This document shows, piece after piece, positions 9,376 through 19,082 of a stretch of DNA of 37,937 nt; position 1 is the stretch's first letter; the number at the start of each line of letters is the position of its first letter. The stretch is taken from IMG/VR virus record IMGVR_UViG_3300012953_000078, positions 1 to 37,937 of that record. The stretch is one strand, 5' to 3'. This DNA comes from a virus (Duplodnaviria; Caudoviricetes). The translations under genes were made by a program, and so were the position numbers. The notes below the pieces were generated by a model. That model saw nothing but the letters and a program-made list of their open reading frames with translations, did no database searches and was not told where the DNA came from.

Positions 9376-9673
9376 GTATCTTCTTCAGTCTTTGTCTAAA
9401 TTCTCCTTTATCCATGCCACCTTTTATTTCACCAATGAGTTTGTCATCACTCATAACAAAATACGTTGGCCAACCTGCACCTTCATGTATACCAGCAACT
9501 TTAGGATACTGAGCACAGAGTACAGCTCTGTATTTTCTATAAACTGGTCTGTCTTGTATTATAACCTGAACAAATCCTAATCCTAATTCAGTTGCAACTC
9601 TTGAGTCATAATTACTCATCTTGTGACAGATTCCACAATCCATATCACTAAATTTTAATACTTCCATTGTCAT
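9359..9673 (-). CDS. Thioredoxin-like protein
   Basis: N-terminal CGIC motif, a WPT cis-Pro-like motif and a C-terminal IGEIKGGMDKGEF; 104 aa. Confidence 0.8.
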   Translation of the reverse strand: MTMEVLKFSDMDCGICHKMSNYDSRVATELGLGFVQVIIQDRPVYRKYRAVLCAQYPKVAGIHEGAGWPTYFVMSDDKLIGEIKGGMDKGEFRQRLKKILDDTR

Positions 9674-10284
9674 TTGTAATCAAATAAATATTCTTCATTG
9701 CCTATGCGACCCTTAGGCATTATATTAAATTGAAAAGAACGTCTAAGTTCTTTCGATCTATTTACATTTATACGATATTTTAAATTACTAGGATATATTA
9801 ACATCGCTCTATGCTGAGGAAGCACTGGAAAATAATCAGCACTATAGATGTTATACCTTGCTGGATCGGAAACTGGAAAAGGACCATAACTGTCTCTATA
9901 AAACTCAGTGTCTCCACAATCCTTACTATACTCTTCATCAAAGTATACTACAGCAGTATACCAAGAATTATAATTTGATATATTTCCAGAACGTCCTCCT
10001 GGTTCTGTCCTAGAAAACCATGATGTTGTAAGTTGGATATCACAATCAAAACTTAATTCTTTTATATACTCCTCAGTAAATGAAGAAAAATATTTAAGCA
10101 ATCCATTTTCTGAATCTAAAATATTCTTATTCTTACTGACTGAAAATCCAGTATCTTTTTGTTCGCCTTTAGCAAACCATGTAACTTTAGAAGATATCTC
10201 TCTAAGTTGTTTACATACATCTTTATCAATCTCTGTAACTGCTATCGGAGAGCAGAACAAAGGCATCATATTAAAATTTGCCAT
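9670..10284 (-). CDS. TIGR02466-like 2OG-Fe(II) oxygenase-fold protein lacking the metal-binding histidines
   Basis: The family scaffold is present (SWFSRTEPGG...NSWYTAVVYF...IYPSNL...RRSFQFNI) but the HxH and distal H are absent. Confidence 0.65.
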   Translation of the reverse strand: MANFNMMPLFCSPIAVTEIDKDVCKQLREISSKVTWFAKGEQKDTGFSVSKNKNILDSENGLLKYFSSFTEEYIKELSFDCDIQLTTSWFSRTEPGGRSGNISNYNSWYTAVVYFDEEYSKDCGDTEFYRDSYGPFPVSDPARYNIYSADYFPVLPQHRAMLIYPSNLKYRINVNRSKELRRSFQFNIMPKGRIGNEEYLFDYK

Positions 10285-10287
10285 AAT

Positions 10288-12825
10288 TTAGTTTAAGAAA
10301 ATAGTTGCACCTTTAACGTTGACTGCTCCTTTAGCAGTTAGATTCAATGCTGCACCAGCAGTTATACTTGCTGCAGCACCTGCAGCTGCTGAGTAAACAC
10401 CTTTAGCATAGGTGTTATGAACACCTAAAGTTGTACAATTGTATGTAGGACCAAATACGAAATTACATACACCAACAGGGTTAGTAACAGTAAATCTAGG
10501 TATTGCATCTGCAGCAGATGGTGCTGGTTTCATTACAGTGTCCCATGATCCACCGATAAATGTAAAGATACCAGACTTTAAAGCAGGTTTTGGTGGGAAA
10601 TTGATTAATTGATTTAATGTCGGTGCAAGTATGTCAACACATGCATTAGCACTTAGAACAATTTCTCCAGCAGCAATTTTAACAGCACCATCTCCTTTAA
10701 AATCAATATCAGTAGCAGTGATATTAGTTTTCTTGGATGCAATATTACATTCTGCCCCTTGAACCTCAAATTTAGCACCTACTGTATTAATGTCAACATC
10801 AGATCCAAATTTGATTGTATGTTTCTGTATCTTAGTATTCTTATCATTACCCTTCTTATCAACAACTTTAGGAGAACCTTCAGCACTCACAAACATTCCT
10901 CCACCAACTTCTAAATGGAAGTCACCAACACATTTCAAACGATAATCACCATAAACAGTCTCTACTTTATCACCATGAACGTTACAACATTCATCACCAC
11001 GAACTTCTTCAGTAAGATTACCTGCCCAAGTGAAATGATCGGCAACCATGTTACCATTCTCCCCTTTTCCTTTATTAGACTTCTTAGCAGCAGCTTCAAC
11101 CTTCTTTGATCTTTCCTCATCAGTCATCTCTACTTTACTCTGTCTTATCTCCTTCTCTGCTTCATACTTTGCTTTTTGATAGTTGTTTAAACTAACTGAA
11201 GTATGAGTAGATCCACTTGGACTTTTCTTAATTGTTGTTTGACGACCAGGAGTACCAATAAACAAATCATAAGCACCATTGATATATGTTTTTGCTGTAG
11301 TTAGAAATGGATCAGCCTCATGTATAATATTGTCAATTAAATTTCCACCACTATCATTACTACCACAACTACCTCTACTACCTCCTCTTATTGCATTAAT
11401 TTCATCAAGTTCTGCATCAGTACAATGTGTTACACCAAATAAAGGATACCAACCTACAGTATCTTTACCACCTTCTGCTTCTCTATTACAACCACTACCA
11501 GTAAGTTTAATAAACATTGCAATCAAACCAGTAATTCCTTGAAGACCATTCTTCATCAAGTCAGTTCCTGCTGAGAAAATACCACTACCTGCCTTCCAAG
11601 CATCAATAATTTCTTTTGCCTTATCAATACCATCTACAATACTAGTAACTGTAGTAACTAAATCTGAAATTGAATCAAGGATCTTATTAACACTACAAAC
11701 AACACTATCAATAGTATCTTGTACTCCTTGTACAATCATTGCTGCCTTATCAATAAGACCATCAAGGAAACTATTGAGTTTATTAGTAAGAGCACTAACT
11801 GGATCAGAAATATATGATAATAATTGATTATCAATAATACATAATGATTTTAATATTGCTGTAATTGCTGCTTGAACTGCTGCTAGAGTTGCAAATGGAA
11901 TACCAATAGCACCCGACACAAGAGTAACTAAGGATAATGATTCTGCTAGATTAGCTACAGACTGACGAATAGCAGAAACAACTTGTGCAAAAACAGAACC
12001 TAAGAAATTCTGTACTTTCCAAGTGAGTTCTTTCGCAGTAACTAATTTACCAGAAACAATATCAAGAAAATCTCCACCCTCTGCTTTTATAAGAGTTCCT
12101 GCAGTATCAGCTATATCTTCAACAAGATATGATAATTCATAATCTAATGATTTCCAAGGACCACCAACACCATTAGCAGTAGCAAATGGTTTTGTAGGTT
12201 GAGATGGTTTACTTGGATTTGTTGAACCTCCATTAATACCTTTGGCATTTGCAACGTTGTCAGGTGATCCCTTACCACCAGCATTACTGCTTTTAGCACC
12301 TGGTAAAGGAACACTATTATTATCAGAGTTACGAATATATCCTTCAGCTTTAGTTCTTGCAGTTACATCATTAGGTGTTGTTGGATGTAAATGTACTGCA
12401 TTAGGAGCAAGTCCAGGCTCCATTGTTTCTCCAGTAAATGCAAATTTTTTCTTATCGTTAGACTTATTATCTTTATTAACTCTCATAACACCAATTACAA
12501 TTGGCATTTGTGCTGCTTCACCATCCATAAAGAATCCCATAACAATTGCGCCAGGTTGCAATTGTCCAGAAGATTCACCTTGTCCGTCATTTCCTGGTTG
12601 AGATGTATGTTGTAATACTGTAGCCCAAGGTAACTCTGATGTAGGAAGATCTGCAGTAGTACCACCACGTACATTAGTATAATACCCAAGTACACGACAT
12701 TGAACCCTACCTAATTCCATAGGGTCTTCGTTTGATTCTACTTCACCAACCCACCAAGTAAATCCATCTTTACCGACAAAATTTACTTGGGGTTCTTTGG
12801 TAATACCTTCAATGGTTTCCCGCAT
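10288..12825 (-). CDS. gp5: Baseplate hub / tail spike protein (T4 gp5-like)
   Basis: N-terminal OB-fold motifs WWVGEVESNEDPMELGRVQCRVLGYY, LPWA and GAIVMGFFMDGEAAQMPIVIG; C-terminal beta-helix-like repeats ending IFLN. Confidence 0.85.
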   Translation of the reverse strand: MRETIEGITKEPQVNFVGKDGFTWWVGEVESNEDPMELGRVQCRVLGYYTNVRGGTTADLPTSELPWATVLQHTSQPGNDGQGESSGQLQPGAIVMGFFMDGEAAQMPIVIGVMRVNKDNKSNDKKKFAFTGETMEPGLAPNAVHLHPTTPNDVTARTKAEGYIRNSDNNSVPLPGAKSSNAGGKGSPDNVANAKGINGGSTNPSKPSQPTKPFATANGVGGPWKSLDYELSYLVEDIADTAGTLIKAEGGDFLDIVSGKLVTAKELTWKVQNFLGSVFAQVVSAIRQSVANLAESLSLVTLVSGAIGIPFATLAAVQAAITAILKSLCIIDNQLLSYISDPVSALTNKLNSFLDGLIDKAAMIVQGVQDTIDSVVCSVNKILDSISDLVTTVTSIVDGIDKAKEIIDAWKAGSGIFSAGTDLMKNGLQGITGLIAMFIKLTGSGCNREAEGGKDTVGWYPLFGVTHCTDAELDEINAIRGGSRGSCGSNDSGGNLIDNIIHEADPFLTTAKTYINGAYDLFIGTPGRQTTIKKSPSGSTHTSVSLNNYQKAKYEAEKEIRQSKVEMTDEERSKKVEAAAKKSNKGKGENGNMVADHFTWAGNLTEEVRGDECCNVHGDKVETVYGDYRLKCVGDFHLEVGGGMFVSAEGSPKVVDKKGNDKNTKIQKHTIKFGSDVDINTVGAKFEVQGAECNIASKKTNITATDIDFKGDGAVKIAAGEIVLSANACVDILAPTLNQLINFPPKPALKSGIFTFIGGSWDTVMKPAPSAADAIPRFTVTNPVGVCNFVFGPTYNCTTLGVHNTYAKGVYSAAAGAAASITAGAALNLTAKGAVNVKGATIFLN

Positions 12826-12852
12826 TTATCTGATTAGTTTCTTCTCATTTTA

Positions 12853-12859
12853 TATTTAG
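12853..12859 (-). promoter_or_regulatory. Late promoter-like CTAAATA upstream of gp5
   Basis: The TAAATA core overlaps the TAA stop of the upstream gene. Confidence 0.55.
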
Positions 12860-13557
12860 CCTTGTTTACGATACTTAAATACTGCTTCCTTATCATCATG
12901 ATCATCCCTAGGTACAAACTTACGCCTCTCATCTTCTTTAGTATCAGGTAACATTAATGCTATATTGCCAGAAATAGATACTCTTTCTTTATCACAATTA
13001 TAAAATGGATACACTGCATGTAAAAGTTTTGAAGGAAAAAATAACATAGTACCTTCTCGTGATGGTGCCATTTCATAATTATGCATAGAAGGTTCTCCTA
13101 ACATATTCACATATCTAAATTGAAAATTAGATATCTCTTGTGAATTAGCACGTGCAATAGGAAGTTTTTTCTGCTCTCTGTAATCAGTAGGAATTTTCAT
13201 CCAAATTACAAAACTATAAATTCCAAAATGATTATGTAATGGATTAAATTCTGTTTGGTATTGATGATTGACCCAAAAATCTGCTAGGTAGTATGGAACA
13301 TTCTTACTAATTGGAAAGTTAAAACCAATATTATAAAATTCCTTAGTATATCTACCACATAATTCATGTAGACAATTGTTCCAAAACCAATCATCCCTAT
13401 CTATCAATGAAGAGCTCTTAGTTATATTACCTGCAAGAAATTCTTTCATATCCTGCTCTGACTCACCTATTATATCCCATAGGAAAACCATTTCTTGTCT
13501 ACTAAGTTTCTTTTCTAACCATCCTCCAAGAGGAGGTCTTACAGATTTAATTGTCAT
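12856..13557 (-). CDS. 2OG-Fe(II) oxygenase-like protein (HxH type)
   Basis: Motifs FWVNHQYQTEFNPLHNH and FFPSKLLHAVYP...RVSISGNI; probable ATG at 13557. Confidence 0.8.
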   Translation of the reverse strand: MTIKSVRPPLGGWLEKKLSRQEMVFLWDIIGESEQDMKEFLAGNITKSSSLIDRDDWFWNNCLHELCGRYTKEFYNIGFNFPISKNVPYYLADFWVNHQYQTEFNPLHNHFGIYSFVIWMKIPTDYREQKKLPIARANSQEISNFQFRYVNMLGEPSMHNYEMAPSREGTMLFFPSKLLHAVYPFYNCDKERVSISGNIALMLPDTKEDERRKFVPRDDHDDKEAVFKYRKQG

Positions 13558-14203
13558 AGATACCTTTTTTCTCACGTTTACGTCTTAGACCATTATCTTC
13601 AGGTATGATAAATTGACTAATGCAATATCTACCCATTCCATTAAATTCAGATCCTTCCATAGTAACAGGTGTTGCTTGATGAAGTAAAGAACCAGGAAAA
13701 ATTATAGTTCTATTATATTGCAGTTCAACTTTCATGTCAAATTCTGTAAAGATTAAATCTCCACCAGTAAATGCTTTTGGTTCTTTATAAAACCAAGTTA
13801 ATGATGTATATACAGACATGTCATGATGAGGTTTGTACTCATTATTATTCTGATAATATAAAACTTGAGTATAATACTTTGATACATTACGGCAGTTATA
13901 ATACCAATGACCATGATTAGTTAATATATCTGCATCCAATTCCGTATTCATTAAAATACTAGAATACTTTCTATCTGGAAACAAATCATCTAACCAGACA
14001 ACATAAGTGTTTTTTAATGTCTCTCCTGTATCTGGATTTTTTGCTGAATCATCTAATTTTTTATCTGATGATATAGATGATTCCATCCTGTCAGGATGAG
14101 TAAAATACTCTAACTCTCTCCAAATTAATTCCTGTTTCTCTTTATTATAATGATCATCAACTATAATAAAAGGAAAAGGATCGTTAAAATATTGTACATT
14201 CAT
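13547..14203 (-). CDS. 2OG-Fe(II) oxygenase (prolyl 4-hydroxylase-like)
   Basis: Motifs YKPHHD, FTGGDLIF and IFPGSLLHQA...GRYCISQF. Confidence 0.85.
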   Translation of the reverse strand: MNVQYFNDPFPFIIVDDHYNKEKQELIWRELEYFTHPDRMESSISSDKKLDDSAKNPDTGETLKNTYVVWLDDLFPDRKYSSILMNTELDADILTNHGHWYYNCRNVSKYYTQVLYYQNNNEYKPHHDMSVYTSLTWFYKEPKAFTGGDLIFTEFDMKVELQYNRTIIFPGSLLHQATPVTMEGSEFNGMGRYCISQFIIPEDNGLRRKREKKGIYDN

Positions 14204-14649
14204 ACTCTTGTAAACCTGTAAAGATTTTTACTACCCCAAGTCATATCACCTCTAGGATTTATACCTTGATCCATAGTATGTATTTTATCCCCAAAAAGAT
14301 GAATTTCTGATATCACTTTTGCACCTTGAGCATAGCATTTATCAGTAGATATTTTACCATGCCAACAATTACCATCGAACTTAAATATCATATCACACTC
14401 TGGGTGATGTGACAAGTCCAATGCATGATTCTCCATAACAACTTCTATATCTGATATTACACGTAACTTATGCTTTCTCTTTCTATAAGGATTACCAGCA
14501 CCATCTTGTCTAGTAAAATTCATAGAAGAATACCAATCCCCATCCTTTTCCCAAATACATTGTACTTCAGAAAAGAAATGAGGATTTGATTGTGCTTGAT
14601 ATTTATTAGTCCAGTGACCTAGAAGATACTTATCAATATCACTCGTCAT
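14200..14649 (-). CDS. cpeT: CpeT/CpcT-like phycobiliprotein lyase
   Basis: Motifs LLGHWTNKYQAQSNP, PYR, CDMIF and DQG...WGS...YRF of T-type lyases; probable ATG at 14649. Confidence 0.85.
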   Translation of the reverse strand: MTSDIDKYLLGHWTNKYQAQSNPHFFSEVQCIWEKDGDWYSSMNFTRQDGAGNPYRKRKHKLRVISDIEVVMENHALDLSHHPECDMIFKFDGNCWHGKISTDKCYAQGAKVISEIHLFGDKIHTMDQGINPRGDMTWGSKNLYRFTRV

Positions 14650-14938
14650 ACACTCTACATTCAAAAGCATCTGGATGATTATCGCAGTATACTTCTAAGT
14701 GTTTATCTTCATGCCTTGTATGATAGTCGTTAATAGTACCATCGTTTTTATTAACTTCTTCACCTTTATGATATTCATCATATTCAGCATGTACATTTTT
14801 TAAATCTTCCTCAGTATACTCTAGCATCCCATGATTAATATGCTCCTTATGATCTTTTGGATCTAAGTATACTTCATGCTCTAGGTCGTGACTTCTTTTT
14901 GCTTGAGGGTTTTCTCCGAATTCGCTCATAGTTGTCAT
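14639..14938 (-). CDS. cp12: CP12-like Calvin-cycle inhibitor
   Basis: C-terminal LEVYCDNHPDAFECRVYDE, the CP12 Cys-pair motif. Confidence 0.8.
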   Translation of the reverse strand: MTTMSEFGENPQAKRSHDLEHEVYLDPKDHKEHINHGMLEYTEEDLKNVHAEYDEYHKGEEVNKNDGTINDYHTRHEDKHLEVYCDNHPDAFECRVYDE

Positions 14939-14954
14939 GTTAATTCAACATAAT

Positions 14955-14961
14955 TATTTAG
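14955..14961 (-). promoter_or_regulatory. Late promoter-like CTAAATA upstream of cp12
   Basis: Lies in a 23-nt intergenic gap. Confidence 0.55.
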
Positions 14962-16353
14962 TTATTTTAGCACAGAATCCTTAACAAGGAACATTTCGGT
15001 TATTAAAACCTGACCTGTTGTCTTATGAGTTAATGCTGCAATCATATAACGTCCACTATACTTTCTATCATCAGTTCTTTTTGATCCTCCCACAAAGTTT
15101 GTTGGAATGAGTATATTAATTCCTGCACCAACATACAAATCTAAATTACCAGGTACTTCAATCTGCAACTTAATAGTCTTAAGAGATTCAAATCTCATCC
15201 ATTGATATGCTTGTAATTCAACTAATGCTTCATAGTTCCTACTTTTCTGTGGTGTTGTAGCCTTAAATTGCTTTGGATCAAAATTCTGATTTGGAAGCAT
15301 TGTGTAACGTACCCTCTTAGGGTAATCAACCATATTCTTAACTTCTTTATCAGTTTTGCTAAATGGATTGACACTATTTTTACCCATATGCGACATATTC
15401 TTCCACATGTCATCTAAGGAATATCGATATGCATCAACAGACATATCAGTACTTGTTCCCATAAAGGATGATGAAATTGTTACAGGATCAAATCCTATAC
15501 TATATCCAGACCAAGTTCCATGCCTCAAACCATTTAAAAAATTCCTTTCATTTGGAAACACAACCTTTTTAATTTTAAATGGATCTGATGCACCATCATC
15601 TACTCCTTTAGGACTATATTCATAGGTGTATAATCTGGTTTTTCCTGTTGTTTTATTACTTTCATCATTTTGTGAAGCATCATTTATATCATCAATCATT
15701 TTATCAATAGATTTAAAATGGAATCCCATACCATTCTCATAGAATGCAAATCCATTTTGATATCCTTTTCCAGTAGATTGCTTCTTACGAATTGTTCTCT
15801 GTGCAATCCAATAGATTGTATCAAATACTCTCCAATTAGGAACAACAAACTTATGCTTATTTAAAGTTTCTGGACAAAATAAAGCTTTACCACTACCAAT
15901 ATATTTTTTATTTTTAATTAAATGATTAACTATTTGAGAGGCTTCGGTTTGATTATTAAAAATAGTATCAGAATTACCAAATACATTAGTAGTTTCATTT
16001 TTTACATACTCCTCTGAGCAACAATTAATAATATAAATGTCATTACCTTGGTTGGTTCTAGAACGAGAAGCAATTTCATAACTTCTAAAATTATATACTC
16101 TATCAATAATACTACTACCAATACTAATTCTAAAAATTTCAGATCCAGTAATTGCACCTAATAAACCAGCAGAATCTTCAAAAATAAGCATACACTCAAG
16201 AGTTGCTTGCTCTATACTTTCATATATCTCAACACCTCTAACAAATTGTTGAAGATCATAAGCACCTACATCATTGGTTAATTTTACACCATCTCTATAG
16301 ATTGTAACTGCTAATTCAATTTCACCTGGTGACCCACTTCTTTTAAACGTCAT
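14962..16353 (-). CDS. Putative baseplate hub protein (gp27/contractile-tail hub-like)
   Basis: Motifs IYESI...D, FAFYEN..GFHFKSIDKM and IEVPGNLDLYVGAGINILIP...YSGRYMIAALTH; located between the tape-measure-like genes and gp5. Confidence 0.55.
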   Translation of the reverse strand: MTFKRSGSPGEIELAVTIYRDGVKLTNDVGAYDLQQFVRGVEIYESIEQATLECMLIFEDSAGLLGAITGSEIFRISIGSSIIDRVYNFRSYEIASRSRTNQGNDIYIINCCSEEYVKNETTNVFGNSDTIFNNQTEASQIVNHLIKNKKYIGSGKALFCPETLNKHKFVVPNWRVFDTIYWIAQRTIRKKQSTGKGYQNGFAFYENGMGFHFKSIDKMIDDINDASQNDESNKTTGKTRLYTYEYSPKGVDDGASDPFKIKKVVFPNERNFLNGLRHGTWSGYSIGFDPVTISSSFMGTSTDMSVDAYRYSLDDMWKNMSHMGKNSVNPFSKTDKEVKNMVDYPKRVRYTMLPNQNFDPKQFKATTPQKSRNYEALVELQAYQWMRFESLKTIKLQIEVPGNLDLYVGAGINILIPTNFVGGSKRTDDRKYSGRYMIAALTHKTTGQVLITEMFLVKDSVLK

Positions 16354-19082
16354 TTAAAGAGACCTCTCAAAGGATTGTTGAAGGAATTAAGAACAGTTGC
16401 TGTAGTTCTTAAAATACCACTAAGACCACCCTCAGTACCACGACCACCACCTTGTCCACCTCCAGGAACATATCGAGGTGTTCTACCTCCTGAATTTTGT
16501 CCCATTAGTTGTTGTATCAATTGACTTGCTGCATTAATTGCTTGTCTATTTTCTTGATTTAATCCATTCACTTGACCCATAATTTGTTTCATTGTTTCTT
16601 GACTTCTCTCTTGGATTTGTTGTCTAGCATGATCTCTATCTTTTTGGAATTTTTCAAGAGATTTCTTTTCTCGTTGTTGTGATCTAAATTCTGCTTGTGT
16701 TCCAGTATTACCACGTTGTGATGGAGAACTTGCTTCCTCAATTGATTTAGAAGAGGATGATGCACCAAACGGGTTTCTTGCTGCTGCTCCACTACCAAAA
16801 CTTCCAGTAGAACCATGAGGTGCTAATTTAACTCGTGATGCACCTGCACCAGTATATTGGAAAGTACCCTGATCATTCATTCTCCATCCATATTGATCAC
16901 CATTTTTCTTCATCCATGCTGCAGACTTACCATGAATAGATAACGCAGTTCCATATAAATGAGGTGAATTTGGACCTCCACCTACTTTCTTATTCTTAGA
17001 ATCACTTCTACCACTTGCTTTAATATCTGATCCCTTTACGATACCCTTTGAATCATTTACCATTCTACCAAGTGCTTCGGCAGCTTTCCTAGATAAGACC
17101 ACTGGTCTACCAAGCATATCTTGCATATTTCCTGGATTCCATCCTTTACCAGTTTCAGGATCAGATACTTGTCTAATTTGAGGAGTAGTAGCTTTTTCAC
17201 CTCCTTCCTTATTATCTTGAGGGGCGGAACCCATTGTTGCTCCAAGAGCAGGAGATCCAAAGAAGAAATTACCAACACCTGATAATGCTCTTGTAAAGAA
17301 ATTACTTTTCTTATTATCACTTGATGGAAGAGATCCCATTCCTTGTAAATATGATTCATCCCCTAATCCAGTACCCTCCATCAAACTAACAATAGTTGGA
17401 CCACGACGACCAACCTGTCCATACCAATTACTATTTCTTAATTCAGCAGCAGCAGTTTTATAATCACCCTTCTGGAATGCTGCCATAAATTTAGGGAATC
17501 CATTATGCCAACCTGGTCCCATGTTATATGTTAGATCGTGTAGTGCAATCTGTTGTTGCTTACCAGCAGATCCATATCCAGGTATTTTCTTAGCAAAACC
17601 CAAATGATGATTAAAGTCATCTGAAAATAATTGATTTGCTCTCTTTTCAGTAATCTTATGACGACTCTTAATATCAATTGGTGAATTACCTTTAATTTGA
17701 TGACCCCATCCAATAGTAGGGAAACCTTGACTATCTGTATACTTATTAAGTTTAAGACCTTCGTGTAGTTTAATTAATCTCTTAGAGAAATCAAATTGTC
17801 CACCCTCATCCATTCCAGGTAGACTGAACCCTAATCTCTTTGCTTCGTCAAGACGATTAGAAGTAAGATTTGGATTTGCACGTGTAGCTTTAGTATCATA
17901 AGGTACCACATATGCTTTACCACCTTGACTTCTTCCTACCCATTCAGTACCATGACCAATAAAATCTACACCATTACCATCTAATGATACTGGATAACCT
18001 GATTGTGGTCCTTGTATCCATCCACCTGCAGCTGCCTGTTGAACCATACCACCTGCAGCCAATCCAAGAAATCCTAATCCAAACAGACCTTTCTTCTTTG
18101 GTTTTGCTTCTTGAGTTTCATCTTTATTTTTACCTTTACCTAATCCACTAAGCCAATTACCAGTACTTTTAAAAATACCACTAAGCCAATCACCTGCTTT
18201 TTTACCAACATCAGTTTCAGGATCTGGTTTTAAACCTGGAACAACTTCTGCTGCAGTATCAACAACAGCATTAGTAAATGATCCTTCACGACCTTGCATA
18301 AAGAGTGTAGCTCCTCCTGCTACAGCTAATGCACCACCTACTACTCCACCACCACGCATTTTCAACTTACGTGCATTCATCATCTTCAAAGATCTCTTTA
18401 GATTGTTTCTAAAGAAGTTTAGCACACCTTTGAAATCACCGATAGTTCTTCCAATGTTTAACGGATTTAACCATCTCAATCCTAAGAATAATGTTCCCAA
18501 TCCAATAAATGCTTGACCAAATCCCTTCAGTCGTTCCCACCATGTAGCGTCTTCTCTAAGAAGATCGTATAATCCATCAATTGTATTGGTTACACCAAAC
18601 TCAGTTAATTTAAAAATAAATTTAATTATTTTAGATATACCTGTAAGAATATTAACTACCTTATCCTGATTTGCAGGATCAGCCAACCACTTCATCGCTG
18701 GCAATAATACAAACCATTTAAATGCTGCACCAAGAAGTTTTAAAAGACCCTCAAAGAAACTTGGTATTTTACCTGTAGAAAGTTTTTTTAGAAATGTAAA
18801 TGTCTTTTGCTTTTCTGGTTTGTTATATACTGGTTTAAACTTTTTCCTATTTTCAATATCAAAATTTAATTTTTCAAGATTAAGAGTCTTAATATCAACA
18901 ATAACATTAGCAAGTGAATTGATTGTCAATCCAAGATTGTTTATCGCTTTTGTATTGGTATTAATATTAGTTGTAAAACTTTTAACAGTTTTTGGATCAT
19001 CTAATCCAGCACCCTCATTACCAGCAGGATCTTTGACCGCTACAAACTTATAGAGATTTATTTTAGTAGTTTTACTATACAT
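16350..19082 (-). CDS. Tape-measure-like virion protein with a GH24 lysozyme domain and a degenerate M15-like peptidase domain
   Basis: Helical/hydrophobic N-terminus. HEGLKLNKYTDSQGFPTIGWG carries the E-X8-D-X5-T lysozyme triad. GRS...NSPHLYGTAL...WMKKNGDQYGW is M15-like. Confidence 0.75.
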   Translation of the reverse strand: MYSKTTKINLYKFVAVKDPAGNEGAGLDDPKTVKSFTTNINTNTKAINNLGLTINSLANVIVDIKTLNLEKLNFDIENRKKFKPVYNKPEKQKTFTFLKKLSTGKIPSFFEGLLKLLGAAFKWFVLLPAMKWLADPANQDKVVNILTGISKIIKFIFKLTEFGVTNTIDGLYDLLREDATWWERLKGFGQAFIGLGTLFLGLRWLNPLNIGRTIGDFKGVLNFFRNNLKRSLKMMNARKLKMRGGGVVGGALAVAGGATLFMQGREGSFTNAVVDTAAEVVPGLKPDPETDVGKKAGDWLSGIFKSTGNWLSGLGKGKNKDETQEAKPKKKGLFGLGFLGLAAGGMVQQAAAGGWIQGPQSGYPVSLDGNGVDFIGHGTEWVGRSQGGKAYVVPYDTKATRANPNLTSNRLDEAKRLGFSLPGMDEGGQFDFSKRLIKLHEGLKLNKYTDSQGFPTIGWGHQIKGNSPIDIKSRHKITEKRANQLFSDDFNHHLGFAKKIPGYGSAGKQQQIALHDLTYNMGPGWHNGFPKFMAAFQKGDYKTAAAELRNSNWYGQVGRRGPTIVSLMEGTGLGDESYLQGMGSLPSSDNKKSNFFTRALSGVGNFFFGSPALGATMGSAPQDNKEGGEKATTPQIRQVSDPETGKGWNPGNMQDMLGRPVVLSRKAAEALGRMVNDSKGIVKGSDIKASGRSDSKNKKVGGGPNSPHLYGTALSIHGKSAAWMKKNGDQYGWRMNDQGTFQYTGAGASRVKLAPHGSTGSFGSGAAARNPFGASSSSKSIEEASSPSQRGNTGTQAEFRSQQREKKSLEKFQKDRDHARQQIQERSQETMKQIMGQVNGLNQENRQAINAASQLIQQLMGQNSGGRTPRYVPGGGQGGGRGTEGGLSGILRTTATVLNSFNNPLRGLFK

